A DNA stretch of 64,000 nucleotides from a virus. The stretch spans positions 3,829 through 67,828 of the IMG/VR virus record IMGVR_UViG_3300028361_000024. One strand, written 5' to 3'. Position numbers and translations under genes: made by a program. Below the pieces are notes generated by a model. The model was not told the origin of the DNA and searched no databases. It saw nothing but the letters and a program-made list of their open reading frames with translations. Each line of letters starts with the position of its first letter. Position 1 is the first letter of the stretch. Shown here piece by piece: positions 38,701-47,046 of the stretch.

Positions 38701-41700
38701 TTCAGCTATGTTCTCAACCTTTTGTACAAGTTTTTGCTTCTGGTCTTGAGGCACCTCAGTGGGCTTTACAGACTCGACGGGCTCGGCTTGAGGGTCAAGG
38801 GTTATCTCGTCAGATGGCTGAGGGGTTGCCACGCTTGGCTCCGATGCCTGAGGGGCAGCATCGTTTTCTTGTTCCATCTTTGTAAGGTTGTAGGTGTAGA
38901 ACTTTCCATTAGGAAGTGTCCCAACAACGTTAACGTTTCCGTTTTTGGCGGTCTTCACTTCTGCTGGGGAAAGGTCTACTGTTTTGCCGTTGTACTTAAA
39001 GACAATGTTGTTTCCAGTAGCGATTGCATCCTGAATTTGAGCATCAAGGTCGTCAATCAAATCTTCTGGGTCTATGTCGTCAAGTGAAAGAAGTACCTTG
39101 TCTGGACCATCCTCTGAAGCAATAGGGGCTTCGATTGGCTCATCGTCAAGTCCATATATCTCAATAAGCTCTTTACGACGACGCTTCAAGTTCTCCTTGA
39201 GGCTGTTCGCAATTGATTGACTGCTAATTCCATCGATTCCGCCAGCAAAGGCCTCATCTACTAATTCATCAATCTTGGCTTCGTCAATATTTGCAACGAG
39301 CTTTGCTGACTCGCCAATCTCGGCGTCGGTCATGTCTCCGAATACGCTTGCTGTCTGGGAGTTAACATTTGAATCGCGAAGTGAGCTAATCTGCTCTGCG
39401 ACATTTGTATCCAGCTCTTTGGCCTTGTCAGCTCCCTGAGCACGGAAGAGCAGTGCACCACCAGCGTCAATACGGAAAGGCTTGGCGTTGGCAACAACAA
39501 TGTTGTCCTTCTCAAGGCCGATGACATCGTAGTTGTTGAGCCATGCGTCAACCGCAAAACCCTTTTTGATTTCGTCAGTGATGTTTTGGTTAGGTGCAAT
39601 CTGACCGAGAGTTCCGTCGGTTCCATCAATGACGGGAGAGACTATAACAATTTTGCCAGCCTTGTTTTTCCCGATGTAGGCACGCCCGACAGCCAAGCCA
39701 GCCTCTTCATACAGCGCAGAAGCAAGAACTTCATTAGCTGCGTGAGCTTCGGTCTTTGGGGTCTTGACGTAATACTGTTGCCCACTGTCTGGGTCGACAT
39801 AGAATGCTCCCTGATTTGACCCAGCTTGCCCTGAAACTTTTTTCCAGTTAGAGGTGTCAAAGACTTGACCCAATGAGCCGCTCTGTACCTCAGGGATAAC
39901 AATTTCATCAGGCTCAGCTGTCGTAGGCTCGTCGAGCGCAAGGCCCAAGAGAACATCTGCGGTGTCTGCAAAGTTGTCCTGAAGAGTGCCTTGAGAAGCC
40001 ATCTTGCTAATTTGGTCAGCAGTGAACCAACCAACCTCAGAGCTTTCTCCATCTTTCGGTGACAAGTCGTTTAGCTGGCCTGGTCCCACCTCGAAGACAT
40101 GAGTGTTGTATGTCCAACCAGGAGCAACTTCATTAGCAAACTGACCGACTGGGAGAACGGAGTCTGGTCCTAAGTCGCCGCCAACTTCTTCTTCAAATTC
40201 GTTGATTGCAGTGATAATGCCGTTATTTTCTTCGGAGTCACTCTTATCCTTGTGGGCACCCCCTGGGTATCCCCACTTTCCGCCCCCCTGCGAAAGCCCA
40301 GAGGAGCGCTTTGCTAGGAAGTACTCAAAGACGCCCTCGTTGTTCTTACGGCGAACTAGAGCGCCAGCAGCGCCAAACTTGCCCCAGAAACGCATTCCAT
40401 TTGTAGCAAAGAAGTAGCCATCACCTTGGTCGGGCTTATTGCCGCCACCTATCGGAGCAAAGAACGGCAACTGAGGGGGAGTCATCACGCCGCTTCGTAG
40501 CTTCTGAACATCAGAGCTAGAAATTCCGTCAGCATAGTAGACACCGTCAGCATCTTGCTTAATGTCGTAGGTCTGCCACTTTTCAATGGTAGCTTCTGTG
40601 TCGACGTTAGGGGCTGCTTCCTCAAGAACAGGGGCCTCAACTTCGCCATTGCGTCGTCTAATACCGTAAGCCTGGAACTTTACCCAAGACTTGTTCATAC
40701 CGTACTCTTTGCCATTGGCAAGCAAGCGTCGCCTTACAAAGACTTTGTTTGGGTCAGCTGGGTCATCGAGAATCTCAAGAACTTCAAACCAGCCCTCTGA
40801 TGGGGCACTTACGAAGTCCCCTACCTGCCACTCCTCAATAGCAACCTTGCCAAGTGATGTGGTGTTCTCGTTGTCCTCTACCCAGTTATTTGAGATGGAG
40901 TCGCCTAGTACTGATTCAATTGCTAGGTCACCGTCTGCCAAGTCAGACTTGGTTGCAGCTGTAGCAGAGGTAGCTTCGTCAGAAGTTGGGCGGACCTTAG
41001 GCATTGACTTTACAATCTCGTCAACTGTCGCAATTTTGTTGTCACCATCAAAAGCATCCTGGATAACTTTAGAAACAGCAAGGCTTGTGTCAGCGAGGTC
41101 TTTCTTGCCTTGAGCCGCCTTGAACTCTGCAAGCTCCTCTTCGTACTTTTGCATGTTGGCGTCAACGTCAAGAGCTGAGATTCCTTGATTGGTCTTAGCC
41201 ATCTCCTGCATAAGGTTCTTCAGAATCGAAGGGAGAACATCGCTATCAGTTACTGCATCGTGCCAGTCACCATCAGGAACAATTCCGTAGCGGTTTGCAA
41301 CACTCTGAAGAGTGTGAGCACCGTTTCCTCCGTTAATAACAAGGCGGGCTAGCGATAGAGTGTCTACCTCTCCGCTTGGGCTGTAGTTGAGGCCAAACTT
41401 TTGAGCGAAGCGCTTCATAATGCCACCATCAAACGGCAAGTTATGCGCTAGAACAATTGTGTCAGGGCCAATCTTTTCAAGAAGCTTTGTCATCTGCTCT
41501 TCTAGAGAAGGCTGCTTTGCCAAGAACTCATCTGAGACTGGATTACCAGAGGGGTCTTTTAGTGTTTTGTCTGGGTCAGCTTTTTTATAGAAATCTCCAA
41601 GTGGTACTTCTGGATTCATCCAGTAAGCACCAGCAGCGGTTGCCAGACCATCGTCAATTTTGGTCCATGCAACTTGAATAGGTGTTTGGCTGTCAAATGC

Positions 41701-44700
41701 GCCATCGGCTGCGGTCTCAAAGTCAAGATAGATTATCTCTTCTTTTTCAAGGAGCTCTAGGAACTTTATAGGGTCGCCAGCTGCTTCAACTTCAATCTGC
41801 TTAAGCTTTTCCCCAGAGAATGCTGGAGAGGCAGGAGCCTTTGGCTTAGAGGGAGTTTTTTTCTTAGGCTTGTCAGTGTCGCCTGTTTGAGCAGTTGAAA
41901 CGGAGTCTGGGTCAATTGGAGGAGTAAAGCCCTCTGCGGAGAGTTTCTTTGCAGCTTTGAACGCCGCTTTCTTTTCTACTAAGTCTGGGTCATCTTTTTT
42001 AGGACGCTCAAGAGCTGGAGCGTTTCCAGGGGCTGGCAAATCAGAAGCACCACGCATAACCGTAATTTCAGTTGTAGCGTTCCACTCTTTTGTCTGAGAG
42101 ACGTGCCCTGGGTAGTACCCCTGAACAACGGCCTTTCCGTCTACCTCTTCTACGCCTTCAATAATGAAGTACTCGTAAAAATCAGAACCCCACTCTTTTT
42201 TGAAAGTGACGTCTCCAGCTTTAACTTCTGTAGCCTTAACCGTGGTTACACCAACGGGGTTCGCTGGGCTAAAGGGTGAAGCAACTTCTTCGGTCTGCCA
42301 CACAGCAAGAGTCTCGGTGTCAGGTGCAGTCCATAGCCCCTGAGCTTGCGCAAGGTTTTTGTTGTACTCGTCTAGGGCATCAAGAAATTTACTACGCGCT
42401 TCTGCGTCCTTAGGAACAAAGGCCCCTAAGTTTGTGTCGTTAAAAATCTTGCCTTCGGGGTCAAATTCTTTTGGCTTTGGCTTAGATAGAGTTGGGAGGT
42501 CCCCCTTTGCGGGGACCTCTACATTACGGTAAACTTTAATCTGAACATTCTTGTTCCAGAGCTTGGTCTTCTGAGTCTGGTGCCCAGGGTAGTATCCCTC
42601 AATCCAAACGCTTCCTGGCTTCTGTGCCTCGGAGTCGGCGTCGGAGAATACATTCTCAATTACAAAGTTGTCAGAGAACGTAATGTCTCCTGCTTTGAGG
42701 TTCTCGGCGCTGGCGCTTAGGAGGGCTGGTCCGTCTGGTTCTCCTGTAAAGATTCCTGGGGTAGCTGTTCCTGCTCCACCATCATCAGCGGTGTCTGCTG
42801 CTTGGTCTTGCGAGTCCTCTGTAGGCGGTTGCGGGGCTTCGGCTGTAGGTTCTTGGACCTCGGGGGCATCTTCGAGGGATTCGTCTTCTTGGACATTTTC
42901 TCCTTCAAGAGCATCCTGAACCTCTTCGGGAGTCGGCTCGTCGGAGCTCTGCCCTTTAAGGCCTTCTTGGTAGATATTGTCTATTAATTCGTCAGTGTCC
43001 ACGCCCTGCAACTGCAGAGCGTCACGAATTGCTTCAGCTGGGACGTTTGCTAGGTACTGCTCTCCCTCGGGAGTGTCCATACCCAAGATTCCATAGCCTG
43101 GGGTTGCGGTTCCTGGCTCTAGGGCACGACGAAGCTCCGTAACAAGCTCATCGTTTTTATAGTCATTGGCAATGTCAACTGGGTTGACAGAAAAGCCTTC
43201 AGGCGCATCTTGCGGAGTATCGCCTTCAATTTCATTAAAAGGCGCATCGTCGATTGAGGAATAGCCCTCTGGAACCTCAGATTCTTCGTAAACCTTATTC
43301 TTTGGGAGATATGACTTATAGTCACCCGAATCTAGGAACGCCTTCTGCTCGTCCTCGGTCATCCCCTCAATAATCGGAGGAAGGGTTTTGTTAGAGGGTG
43401 TGGCCTTAGCTGCATCAGGAATCTCTTCGCCCAAGGATTCTTCAGTTGCCTTAGGAACTTTGGTACCTAAGTCGCCAGTACCGCCCTTATAGATATCGTC
43501 AAGAATGGCTTTAGCATCTTCGCCTTTTTCGTTGAGCGCTTCATAGATAGCTTCAACGGGAACGGGCTCGGTCCCATCGGAGAAAGGCAGATACCCAAAA
43601 CCAGTGCCAGACTGCTCCTCAGTGCCAGCAACACCCTCGTTGAGGGCCGTGGCTAAGTCTTTGGTCGAATACTCTTCGGAAAGCTGTGAAGGGTCGTCTG
43701 TGTAGTCTTCTGAGATTTGATTATCAACAGCACCCTGTGGCTCGTAAGGGGCGTCTGTGTTCCATGAGTAAAAGTTTTCGGGAGTGGTCCCTGTTTCTGG
43801 TGAAGCCTCGGTCTCGTCTGCGGGAGACTCTTCTTGATTTTGAGTGCCCTGCTCGTCAAAGTCATCCAGCCAAGCGTCAGGGTTGGCATTTCCAAGAGAG
43901 TCACGAAGAACGCGTCCCGTCTCGGAATCAATAACAGTTCCGTCGTCCATCATAAAGTGGTCGCGGGTTGGGTCTAGAGGGAATTCGCCGCCCTCTTCTT
44001 TAAACTTTTTTAATTTTCTCCGATAAGCGGTCTGTTTTACCTTAGAAGCGTTAGCGTCTCCAGGAATCTCTTGACCGTCGAAATCGGCGATGTCAACTTT
44101 ATCGCCAATCTGAAGTTCTGGGTCAAGCAGTCCCGCTGCCCTTTCGGGGCGCTGTGGGTCAGCTGGGTCGCCTGCTTCGTAGAGGTCTTCGTCCTTAGAG
44201 ATAAAGCTTTGAACATCTCCCCAAGACTGAACAGTGGCAAATTCCTTTTCCTTGCCATCTTTACGACGGACAAAGTAAACAGGCAGAGTTGGGTCGAGCT
44301 CTCCGTTTTCGCCCATACCTAAAGCAACGACATTGTTGCCTTCAGCCTCTTTTTGCTGCTGGGCTTCGAATTTATGCATTGCCGCAACGTTATTTCCGTT
44401 GTCGAACTTTACAATTTCGTAATTATCGTTATCGTCGACGAACCTAGTTCCAAGGTCAATATTTGGGCCGTAGTAGTCAAGGTCATCCTGCGTAGGCTTG
44501 AAAGAAGGGTCTTTTGCGTAACCGTCGGGGGAGTCTACAAATTCTAGGTCTGCTTCATCAATCACATCACTGTCAGCTGAAGATTTGGCGGGAGTCTTGC
44601 TAAATCCCTGGGCATCCTGTTGACTAGGGAGAATAGCCTTAACGGACTTACCAGCAGAGGCTGGTGTCCTAATGAGCCTGCCATCTGGGAGCTCTTGGAT

Positions 44701-45393
44701 AAAAGTTTTATTGCTGGGGTTCGTCGAAACGATACGACCAGCAAGCCACGAAACGCCTCCACCTATGCGACGCACTAGCCTACGAAGGCCTCCGCCCATG
44801 TTGGAGAATTTACCTTCGCTGTCTCGAAGCTGGAAGCGCCAGAAGCCTTTGTTACCGCCCATTTTGAATGCCGCAACTAGGGCAATCAAAGGGACCTTAC
44901 CTGGGCCCATAGCATTTAGACGAGCAACAGCGTACTGCTGAGCAGGACTCCCTGGCTCAGAGGCAAAGGCGGACGCAAGAAGCGGACCAACCAAAGGGTC
45001 TGTTACGCGAGAGTCGTCGGCGAACCAACGCGCTTGAGCCTTGCGAAGCTCTTTCCAATCCATCGAAGTCTTGCGAGTGGAGCGTGGGTGTGCAAGGGAG
45101 AGTAAGTCGGTATGTGCGGCGGCAGTGATTACTTTGTCCTGCTGAACTAGAGCAGCAAACTCCGAGAGCTCAGAAAAAGCGCGGTGGCGACGGACAGAGT
45201 AGCTCTCGTCTGCGCTCTTGATGAGAGAACGTGTGGCGACTTTTTTGGCCATTCCAGACGTGATTCGACGTGTACCACGATGCGCGCCATTAAGGTCTGC
45301 AAGAGAGTCAATAGCGTCGCGAATAATGTTCGCGTCCTGCTCTGCAACAGACAGTACGTGTGTTGCTGGTTTGGTTGGGTGGTTGCTACTCAT
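35767..45393 (-). CDS. Giant (~3208 aa) multi-domain head-module protein: DEDDh exonuclease, Nudix, HipA/PI-kinase-like, WYL-like and ART-like domains
   Basis: Single uninterrupted ORF; YLDFET/AHNLPFD/WHDAVTD; WGYPGG..EFEEEVG; GSN..YYVK..NEVLA..DAWLNNYD..RIDAG; probable ATG at 45393 after GAGAGG. Confidence 0.88.
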   Translation of the reverse strand: MSSNHPTKPATHVLSVAEQDANIIRDAIDSLADLNGAHRGTRRITSGMAKKVATRSLIKSADESYSVRRHRAFSELSEFAALVQQDKVITAAAHTDLLSLAHPRSTRKTSMDWKELRKAQARWFADDSRVTDPLVGPLLASAFASEPGSPAQQYAVARLNAMGPGKVPLIALVAAFKMGGNKGFWRFQLRDSEGKFSNMGGGLRRLVRRIGGGVSWLAGRIVSTNPSNKTFIQELPDGRLIRTPASAGKSVKAILPSQQDAQGFSKTPAKSSADSDVIDEADLEFVDSPDGYAKDPSFKPTQDDLDYYGPNIDLGTRFVDDNDNYEIVKFDNGNNVAAMHKFEAQQQKEAEGNNVVALGMGENGELDPTLPVYFVRRKDGKEKEFATVQSWGDVQSFISKDEDLYEAGDPADPQRPERAAGLLDPELQIGDKVDIADFDGQEIPGDANASKVKQTAYRRKLKKFKEEGGEFPLDPTRDHFMMDDGTVIDSETGRVLRDSLGNANPDAWLDDFDEQGTQNQEESPADETEASPETGTTPENFYSWNTDAPYEPQGAVDNQISEDYTDDPSQLSEEYSTKDLATALNEGVAGTEEQSGTGFGYLPFSDGTEPVPVEAIYEALNEKGEDAKAILDDIYKGGTGDLGTKVPKATEESLGEEIPDAAKATPSNKTLPPIIEGMTEDEQKAFLDSGDYKSYLPKNKVYEESEVPEGYSSIDDAPFNEIEGDTPQDAPEGFSVNPVDIANDYKNDELVTELRRALEPGTATPGYGILGMDTPEGEQYLANVPAEAIRDALQLQGVDTDELIDNIYQEGLKGQSSDEPTPEEVQDALEGENVQEDESLEDAPEVQEPTAEAPQPPTEDSQDQAADTADDGGAGTATPGIFTGEPDGPALLSASAENLKAGDITFSDNFVIENVFSDADSEAQKPGSVWIEGYYPGHQTQKTKLWNKNVQIKVYRNVEVPAKGDLPTLSKPKPKEFDPEGKIFNDTNLGAFVPKDAEARSKFLDALDEYNKNLAQAQGLWTAPDTETLAVWQTEEVASPFSPANPVGVTTVKATEVKAGDVTFKKEWGSDFYEYFIIEGVEEVDGKAVVQGYYPGHVSQTKEWNATTEITVMRGASDLPAPGNAPALERPKKDDPDLVEKKAAFKAAKKLSAEGFTPPIDPDSVSTAQTGDTDKPKKKTPSKPKAPASPAFSGEKLKQIEVEAAGDPIKFLELLEKEEIIYLDFETAADGAFDSQTPIQVAWTKIDDGLATAAGAYWMNPEVPLGDFYKKADPDKTLKDPSGNPVSDEFLAKQPSLEEQMTKLLEKIGPDTIVLAHNLPFDGGIMKRFAQKFGLNYSPSGEVDTLSLARLVINGGNGAHTLQSVANRYGIVPDGDWHDAVTDSDVLPSILKNLMQEMAKTNQGISALDVDANMQKYEEELAEFKAAQGKKDLADTSLAVSKVIQDAFDGDNKIATVDEIVKSMPKVRPTSDEATSATAATKSDLADGDLAIESVLGDSISNNWVEDNENTTSLGKVAIEEWQVGDFVSAPSEGWFEVLEILDDPADPNKVFVRRRLLANGKEYGMNKSWVKFQAYGIRRRNGEVEAPVLEEAAPNVDTEATIEKWQTYDIKQDADGVYYADGISSSDVQKLRSGVMTPPQLPFFAPIGGGNKPDQGDGYFFATNGMRFWGKFGAAGALVRRKNNEGVFEYFLAKRSSGLSQGGGKWGYPGGAHKDKSDSEENNGIITAINEFEEEVGGDLGPDSVLPVGQFANEVAPGWTYNTHVFEVGPGQLNDLSPKDGESSEVGWFTADQISKMASQGTLQDNFADTADVLLGLALDEPTTAEPDEIVIPEVQSGSLGQVFDTSNWKKVSGQAGSNQGAFYVDPDSGQQYYVKTPKTEAHAANEVLASALYEEAGLAVGRAYIGKNKAGKIVIVSPVIDGTDGTLGQIAPNQNITDEIKKGFAVDAWLNNYDVIGLEKDNIVVANAKPFRIDAGGALLFRAQGADKAKELDTNVAEQISSLRDSNVNSQTASVFGDMTDAEIGESAKLVANIDEAKIDELVDEAFAGGIDGISSQSIANSLKENLKRRRKELIEIYGLDDEPIEAPIASEDGPDKVLLSLDDIDPEDLIDDLDAQIQDAIATGNNIVFKYNGKTVDLSPAEVKTAKNGNVNVVGTLPNGKFYTYNLTKMEQENDAAPQASEPSVATPQPSDEITLDPQAEPVESVKPTEVPQDQKQKLVQKVENIAEALFGSKDPEKIKQLLQGFKDNEVEDPELVESILNDLTNPAPAATPKATPEEKITDDLEQALTPVDGDEDIPTDAVSKIDLDELAKELANPTDPDLIWAQVIEDYSASTLDNGHIVVSSTKFNNKRFDVLVKRNSDNTFSTYHRITDEETGVTRVKELKGRWHSSTALNSRINNEIYKSKAFPAKILAGSKKETASTIQPSMPPKQQESYVSADGTTVIQVGMTVTDTKTGKKGVVTSLKDQYVVKAGGKTYTYTDVAKVKFEGQSKANWKASTFLMPEGSQAPEDGPDQDPGQEGDGGGGTPTPPTTPETPAPEAPTPEPEELQPAEAVAPSGLTPESTLAEVESVAVDKNSAMHTSYFGASNKNEYKSLVKKYLVKDATSTGQNMLPGIIASNQDPDAPNPELASHGVVTKTFPNELAVEVTYFDGPMKGTTQKLEQKNVWSREKFLTNEQSKELGIEVDDSIRAEAIKAQGAKAEEAKKQAVAQAEQEKKQKEESAKKAVIEKAKQDLADKFTVEGPGFSVETLDGPANWGDTPLEQVPSLQSAVTKLDAGSPLEAANGSQVMIDAGDIEDLKVRIQKVEKDGKKQIRLSFKLTNWAGNAFTKKLAKQQDLDVSDNARLDKYKTNADGSLTFSEEWSTGNVDGNNKGRTYRGEIAGGSGAFQFIRANRSATTPDFFKKGGSSNGPVSLHNRVEILLPENATPEQIAEAIKEVGGVQEVRPATEADFRGVAENKIISLFGKKGNGAKNYEGELRKQILDEVEKNYNFTADNMEVRVDEQQKGAIQYLLPEEVAEQLAATYGVSFFKHNFASGNLPSDEKARADFVYDLLFKTGGGLYSTVTRWTEGLNTSGQSSSSDLAGVGAGYVFTRKTPKMDLNQGSYKGLEFFFDGVQLIRRPEFYGSNYDEWGKKYEDTDYLELLKGANVSEVLFKDNLSWADLSGISLDSAARKFLLERLTSEGITEIAGKPVNELFGVK

Positions 45394-46561
45394 CAAAGCC
45401 CTCTCGTGGGAGCAAGTCAGCATCTAGACTATCGTGTGCAAGGATTGCGAGAAGCTTTGCCCTTGTGTAGGGGTCTTCTCCATTTCGTAGACCGCGAAGC
45501 CAGCTTGCTCTAATAGCAGGCTCTGCTTCGTAGCCAAAATCTGAAAACTCGGTCAAAGCAAGAATTGCTTCTTCGGCACTGGCAAAAGTGTTTTCTGCGG
45601 GCAGCTCGATTTCGAGTTCTGCCTCTGCGTACTCAGATGCAGCTGAAAGCTCTAACTCGGAGTGCAGCTGAGCGTCTGCGGTCAAGGACTCAATAGACGA
45701 GTCCTTCTTTGTGGACCTTGGGTGGGAAGCGGGAAGTAGGTCGTTGTCCTGCACATAAGCAGCCTTAGAGGGCTTGCCTGAGGAAAGCAAACGCAGGAAA
45801 GCGTTAACGCGAGCAAGTGCCCAAGAGTTTCGGTTCTGTCCAGGTCGGAAGCTTGTGGAGAAAGCCCCAGCTCCGCGGCGGTAGACAGCCTTTAGCATCC
45901 CAAGAGTTGCGCGGCGTCCCTTAGATGCTTTTTTGTTGTGGGTCTCAACCTTATTGGAAAGAGCTTTTTCTACGGCCTTTGAAAAGGTAATTTTCTTACT
46001 GCCAGAAGCCGAGCCCTTTTTGTTCTTTGAAGAGCCTTTTATTTGGTCCTTTTTGGGAGCAGGAGTCTGGGCAGCAGTGCGCTTCTTTTTAGCTGCAGCT
46101 TCGTCATCGTGGTCAGAGTCCAACATAAGATTTCCGTCTGGCATGTAGTGATAACCTTCGGGAGCTTCTGGTCTTGGGGCATTCTCTTCATGTGCCGAGT
46201 CTGGCATCAGTTCGCCGTCTGGCATGTAGTGGAAGCCCTCGGGGGCAGCTGGTCTGTTCTCAGCGGCAAACGTTGCAGCTTCGGCGATAGCTGAAGTAGT
46301 AGCAGGGACGCAGTTGGGGACTTGATTGCCGTTTTTGCCTTTTTTGGTGCCTACTTGGACGTAGCCGTCCCAGCAGGGGCTGTTGGAAAGCTCTTCGGAT
46401 GCATACTCTTGTCTGATGCTCTTGCGAAGTTCGTGAACTTCATTCTCCAAGGTCGACAAAGTACGGATAAGAGCATTCTTATCCGAAACTCTGACTGAGC
46501 TGGTTGGCTTAGGGGTAGGCGCATGGCTCTGACCCCCTCCCAGCTCTCCTCGGGATTCCAT
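45386..46561 (-). CDS. Head-module protein with CWDGY motif, two HYMPDG repeats and a DUF5824-like domain
   Basis: PCWDGY...PNCVP; APEGxHYMPDGxLMxDSxH twice; LKAVYRRGAGA...RPG...WALARVNAF. Confidence 0.75.
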   Translation of the reverse strand: MESRGELGGGQSHAPTPKPTSSVRVSDKNALIRTLSTLENEVHELRKSIRQEYASEELSNSPCWDGYVQVGTKKGKNGNQVPNCVPATTSAIAEAATFAAENRPAAPEGFHYMPDGELMPDSAHEENAPRPEAPEGYHYMPDGNLMLDSDHDDEAAAKKKRTAAQTPAPKKDQIKGSSKNKKGSASGSKKITFSKAVEKALSNKVETHNKKASKGRRATLGMLKAVYRRGAGAFSTSFRPGQNRNSWALARVNAFLRLLSSGKPSKAAYVQDNDLLPASHPRSTKKDSSIESLTADAQLHSELELSAASEYAEAELEIELPAENTFASAEEAILALTEFSDFGYEAEPAIRASWLRGLRNGEDPYTRAKLLAILAHDSLDADLLPREGFDE

Positions 46562-46563
46562 AC

Positions 46564-47046
46564 TTAGTAAGCTCCGCCCAAGCCCTTTAGGTGAGAGCGC
46601 AACTGCCACTGCCACATCATGTGAACGTCAATGCGCCCAGAGTAGAAATCGCTAGTGCCATATTCGCAGGCCTTCTCGGAAAGCTCGTAGCCTCTTTTGA
46701 GGTTCTCAAGAAACACCTGGTTAGAGTCATACAAATCCTGAACCATGTCACGAACAGTTGAGCACTCTGTCATAGGGTCTTGGATATTCGACATCTTTAA
46801 GAATTGGTGCAAAGTGAACGGAGCTTTTACATCCATCTTGCGGATGCTCTCTGCCATAGGGTCAATCGAGTCTTGAACCTCTTCGTAGATTTCTCCAAAG
46901 AATCTGTGGAACTCGCTGAAGTCTGAGCCTTCGACATTCCAGTGATGCCCCTGAGCCTTAAATGTAAAAACAACAGCGTTTCCTAGGTTGCAGGCGAGGT
47001 TGTTTACAAGCTCCATGCGTACATCATCTTTTTTCATACCATGCAT
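46564..47046 (-). CDS. dps: Dps-family (mini-ferritin) protein
   Basis: KAQGHHWNVEGSDFSEFHRFFGEIYE...IDPMAESIR ferroxidase signature, terminal WQL. Confidence 0.9.
   Translation of the reverse strand: MHGMKKDDVRMELVNNLACNLGNAVVFTFKAQGHHWNVEGSDFSEFHRFFGEIYEEVQDSIDPMAESIRKMDVKAPFTLHQFLKMSNIQDPMTECSTVRDMVQDLYDSNQVFLENLKRGYELSEKACEYGTSDFYSGRIDVHMMWQWQLRSHLKGLGGAY

Noticed and set aside
42050-42715. AENLKAGD / ATEVKAGD motifs as intein (Hint) block B remnants in the giant protein
   Set aside because: No N-terminal Cys/Ser block A and no HN/GN-C/S/T junction; more consistent with short SH3-like repeats
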